Assembly (NCBI GenBank): GCA_045643765.1
Contig: JAZRFS010000033.1
Span: forward strand, 1 to 40,248
Direction: 5' to 3'
Length of the DNA stretch: 40,248 bases
Source of the DNA: Eubacteriales bacterium
GTDB taxonomy: Bacteria; Bacillota; Clostridia; Oscillospirales; CAG-272
Shown here: one piece after another, positions 27,610 through 35,233 of the stretch
Numbering within the stretch: position 1 is the first letter of the stretch
Layout: every line of letters begins with the position of its first letter
The notes under the pieces: model-generated
Told to the model about the DNA's origin: nothing
Database searches by the model: none
What the model saw: only the letters and a program-made list of their open reading frames with translations
Made by a program: the position numbers and the translations under genes

Positions 27610-28449
27610 ATGTCAATTTTTTCCGACTTTCTGATCGCCTCCGATCTGGACGGCACCTTTATCAACAAACAAGGCGCTATGGTACAGCGCAATCTGGACG
27701 CCATCGCCCGTTTTACCGCGGGCGGAGGACGCTTTACCCTGAATACGGGGCGTCCGCACATCACCGTCGCGCCCACACTGGGGGATCCGAGGCAGATCCT
27801 CAACGCGCCCTCGTCGCACTGCAACGGTGCGTATCTTTACGACTTTCAAACGGGCGAGTTTTTCTTCGAGGAATTCCTTTCCCCCGCGGACGTCACAGAA
27901 TTTTTGGACTTTTCCCGCACCTATTGCGCTGATCTTGCCATCCGTGCCAACGCGCGCGAGCAAATTCGCGTACTCGTGCCCGAGGGGTGCGAGCCGCCCA
28001 AGATCCCCGGCTGTGACTGCTACACCTGTGAGCGCTCCACGGAGAACTGGAAAACGGATGACTGGTTCAAGCTGGTGTTTGTGAGCGATCCCGCGCGCAT
28101 CCTACAGGTGCGCCGCGATTTCGAGCGCGTTTTCGGCGAGCGCTTCGGCAAATCTACGTCCAGCGCGCGCTCCCTGGAGGTACAGCTCCCCACCTCAAGC
28201 AAGGCTGTGGGACTTGAAAAAATGCGCCGTCTTTCCCCCGAAATAGCATCGTGCACGATCATCGCGTGCGGGGATTTTGAAAATGATATTCCGATGCTGA
28301 AGACAGCGGATATTGCCATCTGCCCTGCCAACGCGATGGACGAGGTCAAAGAGATCTGCGATTTCGTGCTGTGCGATTGCGATGACGGAGTGATCGCGGA
28401 TATTATTGAGAACATAGAGGCGGGCAAGATCCGCCCCAAGCAAAAATAA
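27610..28449 (+). CDS. HAD-IIB (Cof-type) phosphatase, paralogue 2
   Basis: The ATG at 27610 lies 7 nt after AAGGAG. FSDFLIASDLDGTF and ACGDFENDIPML are collinear with paralogue 1. Confidence 0.8.
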   Translation: MSIFSDFLIASDLDGTFINKQGAMVQRNLDAIARFTAGGGRFTLNTGRPHITVAPTLGDPRQILNAPSSHCNGAYLYDFQTGEFFFEEFLSPADVTEFLDFSRTYCADLAIRANAREQIRVLVPEGCEPPKIPGCDCYTCERSTENWKTDDWFKLVFVSDPARILQVRRDFERVFGERFGKSTSSARSLEVQLPTSSKAVGLEKMRRLSPEIASCTIIACGDFENDIPMLKTADIAICPANAMDEVKEICDFVLCDCDDGVIADIIENIEAGKIRPKQK

Positions 28450-28462
28450 GCAGGTGAACGGT

Positions 28463-29119
28463 ATGAGTTTTAAGGTTGCATTATTTGATATGGACGGCAC
28501 GGTATTAAACACGTTGGACGATATTGCCGATGCCGCCAACGCGGTGCTTGGCGCCAACAATATGCCCGTGCGCACGCGTGATGAGATCCGCCGCTTTGTC
28601 GGCAACGGTATCGCCAAGCTGATTGAGCGCGCTGTGCCACAAGGCACGAGCGAGACCACCATTGCCAAGGTGATCGGTGATTTCAAAAGCTATTACAGCG
28701 CGCATTGCGCAGATAAGACCGCCCCGTATGCGGGTGTTTTGGAAATGCTCAAGGCACTTCGCGCGAACGGTGTGCGTACCGCGGTGGTATCCAACAAGGC
28801 GGATTTCGCCGTGCAAGCGCTCGCCAAGCAATATTTCGGTGATCTTTTTGATATGGCACTGGGCGAGGACAAGGAAAAGCGCCCTGCCAAGCCGGCACCC
28901 GATATGGTATATCACGTACTGGAAACGCTGGGTGCCGACGCCAAGGATGCCGTATATATCGGTGACTCGGACGTGGACGTGCAGACCGCACACAACGCGG
29001 GGCTTTCCTGCATTGCGGTGACCTGGGGCTTCCGCGACCGCGCATGCCTTGCAAATGCAGGTGCCACGGTATTTGCCGACACGGCAAAAGAGCTGCAAGA
29101 TTTGATTTTAACCTCTTAA
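28463..29119 (+). CDS. HAD-IA phosphatase (phosphoglycolate phosphatase-like)
   Basis: FDMDGTVLNT (motif I), VVSNK (motif II) and YIGDSDVDVQTAHNAG (motif IV). Confidence 0.85.
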   Translation: MSFKVALFDMDGTVLNTLDDIADAANAVLGANNMPVRTRDEIRRFVGNGIAKLIERAVPQGTSETTIAKVIGDFKSYYSAHCADKTAPYAGVLEMLKALRANGVRTAVVSNKADFAVQALAKQYFGDLFDMALGEDKEKRPAKPAPDMVYHVLETLGADAKDAVYIGDSDVDVQTAHNAGLSCIAVTWGFRDRACLANAGATVFADTAKELQDLILTS

Positions 29120-29125
29120 CGATGC

Positions 29126-29152
29126 AAAAAAGCCGCCTTTCGGCGGCTTTTT
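29126..29152. terminator. Bidirectional terminator between the HAD operon and the DUF1934 gene
   Basis: AAAAAAGCCGCC-TTTC-GGCGGCTTTTT. Confidence 0.85.
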
Positions 29153-29153
29153 C

Positions 29154-29645
29154 TTATAATCCCTTCGGCTTATCGTAAGCGGGCGAGATCACGATCTTCA
29201 TCTTCGTGTGCTCGGCTTGCGCGCCCTTGAGCTCCACGATATAATCCAGATCAAGTGTTCCCATCGTTTCAATGGCGTTTTTCACCGCATCTGTCTGCAC
29301 GCAAACCTCAAATGGTGCCAGCGGTGTCTGATACACGCAGATATGGCGGCGTCCCTGTTCAAAGAGCAACGCGGTCTTCACACTACCCGTACGCAACATT
29401 GAGATAACTCCCGGCTCCGCCTTTTGAAAGGAGATCGTAGCACGTGAGCCCTCCATGCCGGAAGCGGCGCTCTCGTCATAGGAGATCGAAACGCGCGTAC
29501 CATCGTCGTGGTATCTGCCCTCCACCGTCATTTCACTGCGCTCAGGGGCGCCTGTGCCGGCAAGTGGTGCAGCGATATTTTCAAACAGCCCCACCGCCGC
29601 CTCGGCGCGCTCGGTGAGGATCTTGATCCTTACTTTTTTCAGCAT
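29154..29645 (-). CDS. DUF1934 (YwiB-like) beta-barrel protein
   Basis: 163 aa. The pattern V.I.....E......EG.Y......V.ISY.E...........I....V...R.G resembles YwiB. This assignment is from memory. Confidence 0.65.
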   Translation of the reverse strand: MLKKVRIKILTERAEAAVGLFENIAAPLAGTGAPERSEMTVEGRYHDDGTRVSISYDESAASGMEGSRATISFQKAEPGVISMLRTGSVKTALLFEQGRRHICVYQTPLAPFEVCVQTDAVKNAIETMGTLDLDYIVELKGAQAEHTKMKIVISPAYDKPKGL

Positions 29646-29735
29646 TTACCCGCTCTCCCTTTCTCGCTTTTTTCTCATTATAGCAAATCCGCACCAAAAA
29701 AGCAAGTCTTCTTTCGCATAATTCCCCGCGTGACC

Positions 29736-29764
29736 TTGACAAAAAGAAGTTTATAAGATATAAT
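29736..29764 (+). promoter_or_regulatory. Promoter of the G1PDH-exonuclease pair
   Basis: TTGACA, a 17-nt spacer, then TATAAT, 38 nt upstream of the ATG at 29803. Confidence 0.7.
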
Positions 29765-29802
29765 AAAAGATGTTGATTTTTTTGAAAGAGAGGTCTTTCT
29801 TT

Positions 29803-31083
29803 ATGGATCTGAAAAAGATTTTACATTCGCTTGAAAATTGCCCCTGTGGCAGAAAGCATACCTTCGTTACCGAGATCGTCGAGATCGAAAGCGGTCTCAC
29901 GGCGCGTATGGGCAAAATCCTTGCCGACGCAAACTTCCCCAAGAAGGTGCTGCTTGTTTCCGACCAGAACGCTATGACCGCAGCCGCGGGCACTGCCGAG
30001 AGCATCGAGGCAGCCGGCTTTGAGGTCAAGAAGCTGGTCTACCAGAACATGATGTACGCCAAGATCGAGCAGGTACGCGAGGTCGAGGCACTTTGCGCTG
30101 ACGTGGACGGCATCATCGCCGTTGGTACGGGCTCGATCAATGACATCTGCCGCGTGGCATCCTTCCAGCAGAAGAAGGAATTCTGCATCGTGGCAACCGC
30201 GCCCTCGATGGACGGCTTTGCCTCCGACACCGCGCCCATCATTGAAAACAACTTCAAGAACTCCTTCTTCGTAGAGCAGCCCCGCATCATTCTTGCCGAC
30301 ACCAAGGTGCTGGCAAAGTCGCCCCTTGAGCTCAAGGCTGCGGGCTTTGGCGATATGGTTGCCAAGTACATCGGTATCGCTGACTGGCAGATCGCAAATC
30401 TGCTCATCGACGAGTACTACTGCCCCGCCGTTGCCGACATCACCATGCAGGGCGTGAAGAAGGTCGTAGACCTTGCCGACAAGGTGAACAGCGAGGACGA
30501 GGTTGCCGCAGGCAACATCATGGAGGGTCTGATCCTTTCCGGCCTTGGCATGAAGCTGGCAAAGTCCTCCCGTCCCGCATCCGGTGCCGAGCACGTGGTA
30601 TCCCACTATCTGGAGTGCTACAAGCTGGCGCGCGGCATCTGGCCCGAGTTCCACGGCAAGAAGGTTGGCGTGGCATCCGTGCTGATCAACCGCATCTACC
30701 ACAACATCGCAGACCGCGTAGAGGACGTCAACCCCACCGCCGACAATCCCGATTGGGATCTCATTCGCGCGCAGTTTGACGAAACCCAGCACGCAGATCT
30801 GATGAAGGTCAACACCCCCAGCATCATGGACAAGGTCGATCCCGCCCGTCTGAAGGCGATCTGGCCCGACATCCGCCGCATCATCAAGACCGTGCTTCCC
30901 ACCGACGAGGAAATGATGAAGATGATGAAGGCAGCAGGTGCCGCTACCGAGCCCGCCGACGTGCACGTGGACGACGAGCTGCTTGTCAAGGGTCTGCGCT
31001 ACCACTCCTATATGCGCTACCGCATCCTCTTAACACGTCTGCTTCCCATGCTTGGTCTTGACGTGATGGATTTTGTAAAGTGA
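29803..31083 (+). CDS. sn-Glycerol-1-phosphate dehydrogenase family protein (AraM/EgsA-like, Fe-ADH fold)
   Basis: Start at MDLKKIL. The blocks AVGTGSINDICR, ATAPSMDGFASD and SGAEHVVSHYLE match the G1PDH/DHQS-like fold. The specific substrate is an inference. Confidence 0.65.
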   Translation: MDLKKILHSLENCPCGRKHTFVTEIVEIESGLTARMGKILADANFPKKVLLVSDQNAMTAAAGTAESIEAAGFEVKKLVYQNMMYAKIEQVREVEALCADVDGIIAVGTGSINDICRVASFQQKKEFCIVATAPSMDGFASDTAPIIENNFKNSFFVEQPRIILADTKVLAKSPLELKAAGFGDMVAKYIGIADWQIANLLIDEYYCPAVADITMQGVKKVVDLADKVNSEDEVAAGNIMEGLILSGLGMKLAKSSRPASGAEHVVSHYLECYKLARGIWPEFHGKKVGVASVLINRIYHNIADRVEDVNPTADNPDWDLIRAQFDETQHADLMKVNTPSIMDKVDPARLKAIWPDIRRIIKTVLPTDEEMMKMMKAAGAATEPADVHVDDELLVKGLRYHSYMRYRILLTRLLPMLGLDVMDFVK

Positions 31084-31090
31084 GAGTTTA

Positions 31091-32209
31091 ATGAAGTATC
31101 TGTTTTTTGACATTGAGTGCGCCAACTGCTACCAGAACTGCGCAAAGATCTTCAGCCTCGGCTACGTCGTGACGGATGAGAATTTCAACATCCTTCACGA
31201 CAAAGAGGACGTGCTGATCAATCCGCGCGACCGCTTTGACTGGTACGTGGCAAAGAAGATGATGGCATATCCTCGTGAGATCTTCAAGGATATGCCTCCC
31301 TTCCCCGACTTCTACGATCGCTTCCGCGAGATGTTTGAGGACGAGGACACGATGGTGGTCGGCTACGCCGTCACCAACGACGTGCACTTCCTGCACGACG
31401 ATTGCAAGCGCTACGGACTTGCACCCTATACCTACAAGTTCTACGACGTGCAGCAGCTTTACGCCCGCCAGCCCGTCAACAACACCGCCAAGAACTTAGA
31501 GGACTCGCTGCTCTCCTGGTGCAATATCGAGCCGGAAAATCTTCACCGCTCGGACGAGGACGCCTACAACACGATGCTGATTATGAAGGCGATCGCTGAG
31601 TACCACGGCACCAACATCCCGGGGCTGATGGAAATGTTCCCCGATTGCGGCGGCTCTACCCAGAACGGCGTGATCGATTACGCCTGGAAAAAGCCGGAGG
31701 GCGAGAAAAAGAAAAAGCGCCACCGCTCCAAGAAGAAAAAGACGGATGCCGCCGAGGTGGAAAGCACCGAGCCGGATACCGCCAACTATATGGAGCGCGG
31801 CTCGCACAACGCTGACCTTTTTGTGAAGTTCCTGAACACCGTCGCCCCCAAGAAGACGCGCAAGCCGCCGCTTCTTTCCGGACACACCGTCACGGTCGGC
31901 GTCAACTACCAGCGCACGCACTTCAACGAAATGCTCTACCTTGTGCAGATGATCACCAACGCGGGCGGACGCTACACGCTTTCCACGCGCGAGGCGGACA
32001 CCCTGTACGTGTGGGAGGACGCCGAGAACGATCCCCGCTACCAGATCGCCAAGGAAATGGGCGAGGAGATTGAGATCCTGCCTATCAAAAACCTCTTTGA
32101 CCTGCTGGAAACCAGCGATATGCGCCTTTCCCGCAAGCCGAAAATGGATCTTTCCTCCTTTGAGGAGCACGCCGACGACGAGGCAGAAGAACCCATCGCC
32201 GCACAATAA
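31091..32209 (+). CDS. DEDDh 3'-5' exonuclease with a lysine-rich linker and a BRCT-like C-terminal domain
   Basis: ExoI FFDIE, ExoII VTNDVHFL and ExoIII HRSDEDAYNT. The linker reads EKKKKRHRSKKKK. The C-terminal block LSGHTVTVGVN...ADTLYVWE resembles BRCT. The gene starts 7 nt after the upstream gene. Confidence 0.75.
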   Translation: MKYLFFDIECANCYQNCAKIFSLGYVVTDENFNILHDKEDVLINPRDRFDWYVAKKMMAYPREIFKDMPPFPDFYDRFREMFEDEDTMVVGYAVTNDVHFLHDDCKRYGLAPYTYKFYDVQQLYARQPVNNTAKNLEDSLLSWCNIEPENLHRSDEDAYNTMLIMKAIAEYHGTNIPGLMEMFPDCGGSTQNGVIDYAWKKPEGEKKKKRHRSKKKKTDAAEVESTEPDTANYMERGSHNADLFVKFLNTVAPKKTRKPPLLSGHTVTVGVNYQRTHFNEMLYLVQMITNAGGRYTLSTREADTLYVWEDAENDPRYQIAKEMGEEIEILPIKNLFDLLETSDMRLSRKPKMDLSSFEEHADDEAEEPIAAQ

Positions 32210-32213
32210 GCCA

Positions 32214-32263
32214 AAAGGGCTGTCGCCACTCGCGAAGTTGCGCGAGCAGAGCGACAGCCCTTT
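32214..32263. terminator. Long compound hairpin after the exonuclease gene
   Basis: AAAGGGCTGTCGC...GCGACAGCCCTTT enclosing an inner CTCGCG...CGCGAG hairpin. CCCTTTTGG follows on the minus strand, so it could terminate both convergent units. Confidence 0.6.
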
Positions 32264-32271
32264 GCTGTTGT

Positions 32272-32301
32272 TAGGGGGAACTTTTGGGAAAGTTCCCCCT
32301 A
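32272..32301. repeat. Perfect 13-bp inverted repeat with no flanking U-tract
   Basis: TAGGGGGAACTTT-TGGG-AAAGTTCCCCCTA. Confidence 0.7.
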
Positions 32302-32478
32302 TAACCCCCTTAAAACCTCTTAACCAAAAAGGAAAAGCAGTAGCCGTTTTGTTTGCGGGAAGGCTTTCTACTACGGGGGACGTCGAGGCGCCGTCCCCTA
32401 TGGGTTTGTGTAAACGTCAACGTGCGTGCGATACGCTTTCTCTGTCATCGCCTTGCCGGCGGCATTTTCAAACAAAAC

Positions 32479-33069
32479 TCATACCGTTTCGGCACTTTTC
32501 GAGAAAACCGTCATCGAAACCCCCGTGTCGCGCACCAGAATATCACGCGGCAGAAAAAGAAAACGGAAGGTGACGTAAAAATCCCCTGCGGCACCCGCAA
32601 AATTGTTGATCTGAATAATGTAGATCGGCCAGAACCACGCGGGCGGTACCAGTGCGCAGATCACGGCAAGCACCGCGCCCCAAACGATCACAGGCGCAAG
32701 TGCAACGATGATGTAAGAGGCTTTGTCAAAATACGCATCGCTCCCCGCATAGGCGTACAGCAAGGTAAAGCCGTATTTCACGCGTTGGCGGCTGAACAGG
32801 CGCATAAAAATGCCGTGCACCAGCTCGTGTAGCACAATGTAGGCAAAAAGCCCGCCAACCAGCACCAAAAGTCGCAGAAAATAAATCCCGTACCCCGCCG
32901 AAAGATCAAAAAGCTTCGCCTCAGGCACAGCGAAAATACCAAGCACAATCATCGCGGCAACGATCACACCTGCGATCGCATACACGATAACGGCAAGCTT
33001 TTTCTGCTTTTGCAGGTCAATGGATAAAAGCGGCGCATAGTCCGCGGGCAAGCTTTCGTATCCTTTCAT
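32479..33069 (-). CDS. DUF3267-like membrane protein with an HExxH motif (putative zincin peptidase)
   Basis: Start at MKGYESL (GGGGGG RBS). Several TM helices; HELVHGIF lies in a membrane-proximal segment. Confidence 0.7.
   Translation of the reverse strand: MKGYESLPADYAPLLSIDLQKQKKLAVIVYAIAGVIVAAMIVLGIFAVPEAKLFDLSAGYGIYFLRLLVLVGGLFAYIVLHELVHGIFMRLFSRQRVKYGFTLLYAYAGSDAYFDKASYIIVALAPVIVWGAVLAVICALVPPAWFWPIYIIQINNFAGAAGDFYVTFRFLFLPRDILVRDTGVSMTVFSKSAETV
32481..32496 (-). repeat. Copy of the 16-nt motif (minus strand: AGTGCCGAAACGGTAT)
   Basis: Identical to the copy at 38561-38576. Here it overlaps the last five codons and the stop of the DUF3267 gene. Confidence 0.8.
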
Positions 33070-33097
33070 AAAAACGCCCCCCTTTCTTTTTACCTTG

Positions 33098-33126
33098 ATT
33101 TTACCACGTTTCGCAAAAAAGCGCAA
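33098..33126 (-). promoter_or_regulatory. Promoter of the DUF3267 gene
   Basis: On the minus strand: TTGCGC, a 17-nt spacer (TTTTTTGCGAAACGTGG), then TAAAAT. Confidence 0.55.
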
Positions 33127-33135
33127 GAAGAAAGT

Positions 33136-33161
33136 AAAAAGGCGGCTGCATCGCAGCCGCC
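33136..33161 (-). terminator. Terminator of the 55-aa ORF
   Basis: On the minus strand: GGCGGCTGC-GAT-GCAGCCGCC followed by TTTTT. Confidence 0.75.
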
Positions 33162-33181
33162 CCGAGGCTTTTCTTCTTTTG

Positions 33182-33349
33182 TCACTTCATATTCTGCACC
33201 ATATGGCGCATCTTTTTCCCCGTCTTCTCCACTGCCTCTGCCGTGTTCTTGGCAACACGCTTTGCGCTATTGCTCATCACAACGCCCATCGCGCCCGCCA
33301 CAGACGCCGCGGTCAGGATCCCTGCCGCCATCATCGTCGCTTTTTTCAT
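33182..33349 (-). CDS. 55-aa protein below the ORF-track cutoff: hydrophobic N-terminus and basic amphipathic C-terminus
   Basis: GAGGGGGAGAAAA RBS then ATG. Translation: MKKATMMAAGILTAASVAGAMGVVMSNSAKRVAKNTAEAVEKTGKKMRHMVQNMK. It has its own terminator. Confidence 0.6.
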   Translation of the reverse strand: MKKATMMAAGILTAASVAGAMGVVMSNSAKRVAKNTAEAVEKTGKKMRHMVQNMK

Positions 33350-33461
33350 TTTTCTCCCCCTCTCGCTTCGTCTTGCTCTTATTTTTACCGTATTTGCGGC
33401 GCGCTATACGAAAGGAAAAGCGGAAATTTTGCGCGATTGTGCGGCTTTTTTGCAATTCACC

Positions 33462-33490
33462 TTGCATTTGCCATTATAATATTGTATAAT
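33462..33490 (+). promoter_or_regulatory. Promoter of the DUF6062-esterase operon
   Basis: TTGCAT, a 17-nt spacer, then TATAAT, 32 nt upstream of the ATG at 33523. Confidence 0.65.
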
Positions 33491-33522
33491 AAATTTAATT
33501 ATGATATAAGGGAGGCTCTCCT

Positions 33523-34233
33523 ATGCAACAGATCTATACCATCCCCGTGCGCGAAGCGTTTGAGGCGGGTGCCGCCGACCACAAATGCGGGTGCCCGATG
33601 TGCGCGCTTTACCGAAAATTGGAGGAAAACGAGCTGGACCTCATTCTGGGCGCTTCGATGATGGAGCCGGACGTGCGCATCAAGACCAACGAAAAGGGCT
33701 TTTGCCGCACGCACTACGATATGATGTTCGTGCGCAAGAACCGCCTTGGCATGGCACTGACACTGGAAAGCCACCTGAACGAGTTGAAGGAGGATCTTGC
33801 CACGGGGTTCCTCGCGGGGCTTGTGACAAAGCCCGGCAGCACGCCCTTAAAGCGCATTGAAAAGCTGGAAGAGAGCTGCTACGTGTGCGAGCGCATCGAC
33901 TTCCATTTCCAGCACATGGCAGAAACCGTGGTGTATTTGTTTGAAAGCGAGGACACCTTTGCAAAGCTGATCAAGGCGCAGCCCTACTTCTGCCTGCCTC
34001 ATTACCGTTTGCTTTTGGAAAAGGCACAGCACCGTTTGCAGAAAAAGAAGCTTGCCGATTTCTTCACGCTGGTAGAGGGTGTGGAAAAGAACTACATGGT
34101 CAAGCTTTGCGCAGACGTGAGCGCCTTCTGCAAGTCCTTTGACTACCGCTATGAGGACGATCCTGCCACCAACCCCAAGGACAGTGTGGAGCGCGCGATG
34201 GCTTTCCTGCGCTCGGATATACATAAAAAGTGA
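33523..34233 (+). CDS. Cys-rich uncharacterised protein (DUF6062-like; family name from memory)
   Basis: AGGGAGG RBS. It has two repeated CxxC...FCxxHY modules (see the finding). Confidence 0.75.
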   Translation: MQQIYTIPVREAFEAGAADHKCGCPMCALYRKLEENELDLILGASMMEPDVRIKTNEKGFCRTHYDMMFVRKNRLGMALTLESHLNELKEDLATGFLAGLVTKPGSTPLKRIEKLEESCYVCERIDFHFQHMAETVVYLFESEDTFAKLIKAQPYFCLPHYRLLLEKAQHRLQKKKLADFFTLVEGVEKNYMVKLCADVSAFCKSFDYRYEDDPATNPKDSVERAMAFLRSDIHKK

Positions 34234-34243
34234 GGAATTTGAA

Positions 34244-35230
34244 ATGGAACTGACGATCAAGGACATTCAAAGCATCGCGCACGGCGCGCTGCGCGTGGAG
34301 AAAAATAACGAGGGCGAGATCGCGCTCTACCGCTTCACCGAAAAGCAGATGGCGCTGTACGAGCGCGTCAATCCCGATTTTTACGTAAAATCCTTCGGCA
34401 CCGCGGGCGTGCGTCTTGAGATGGACACTGACAGTGACCTTCTGGAGCTGAAATATCACACCCGTCCCGCCTCCAGTCGCCGCTTTTACTATTTTGACGT
34501 GTTTGTGGACGGCGTGATGATGAAGCACTTCGGCCACGAGGACATCACACAGGCGATCTCCACCCTGCGCATGGAGCTGCCCGCCGGCACCCACCGCGTT
34601 TGCATCTATTTCCCCAACCTTGCCGCCGCCACGATCCGCTCGCTTGCGCTGTCCGACGGGGCGACCTTCGCGCCTGTGAAAAAGGAGCTGAAGCTGCTTT
34701 CCTTCGGTGACTCGATCACGCAAGGATACGATGCGAAATACGCTTCGCAAAGCTATGCCAATCTGCTTGCCGACAAGCTTGGCGCAGAGCTTGTGAATAT
34801 GGGCATCGGCGGCGAGATCTTCCGCCCTGAGCTGGTGGACGCCGAAATGAACTATCAGCCCGACATCGTGACGGTTGCCTACGGCACCAACGACTGGTCG
34901 GGACAGACGCGCGAGCGCACCGTAAGCTGCGCCAACGACTTCTACGCCAACGTGCGCGCGGCATTCCCGAACGCCAAAATTTTCGCCATCACCCCCATCT
35001 GGCGCGCGGACGATCACCGCGTGACCAAGGTCGGTGTATTTGAGGAAGGACGCGAGATCGTCCGCAACGCCGCACGCGCCGTGGGTGCCACGGTCATCGA
35101 GGGTGACGGCATGATCCCACATCTGCGCGAGGTCTGCTCGGACGCGTATCTGCACCCCAACGATTACGGCTTCAAGTTCTACGCCAACGCGCTTTACGAT
35201 GCGATCACCGCACATCTTGGAAAGGAGTAA
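34244..35230 (+). CDS. SGNH/GDSL hydrolase with an N-terminal beta-sandwich domain (CE2-like architecture), paralogue 1
   Basis: Start at MELTIKD. SGNH blocks: FGDSITQG, GIGGE, YGTNDW and YLHPND. No signal peptide. Confidence 0.8.
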   Translation: MELTIKDIQSIAHGALRVEKNNEGEIALYRFTEKQMALYERVNPDFYVKSFGTAGVRLEMDTDSDLLELKYHTRPASSRRFYYFDVFVDGVMMKHFGHEDITQAISTLRMELPAGTHRVCIYFPNLAAATIRSLALSDGATFAPVKKELKLLSFGDSITQGYDAKYASQSYANLLADKLGAELVNMGIGGEIFRPELVDAEMNYQPDIVTVAYGTNDWSGQTRERTVSCANDFYANVRAAFPNAKIFAITPIWRADDHRVTKVGVFEEGREIVRNAARAVGATVIEGDGMIPHLREVCSDAYLHPNDYGFKFYANALYDAITAHLGKE

Positions 35231-35233
35231 GCC

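Noticed and set aside
28447-28467. TAAGCAGGTGAACGGTATGAG, which resembles the 16-nt repeat motif.
   Set aside because: Only the AACGGTATGAG half matches, and the left arm is not conserved. The ATG is the HAD gene start and GGTGA is its RBS. The resemblance is probably coincidental.
32070-32832. Plus-strand ORFs of 167 aa and 159 aa crossing the structured spacer and running antisense to the DUF3267 gene.
   Set aside because: They have no RBS and an Arg/Pro/Ser-rich composition. They span terminator hairpins and overlap a better-supported gene on the opposite strand.
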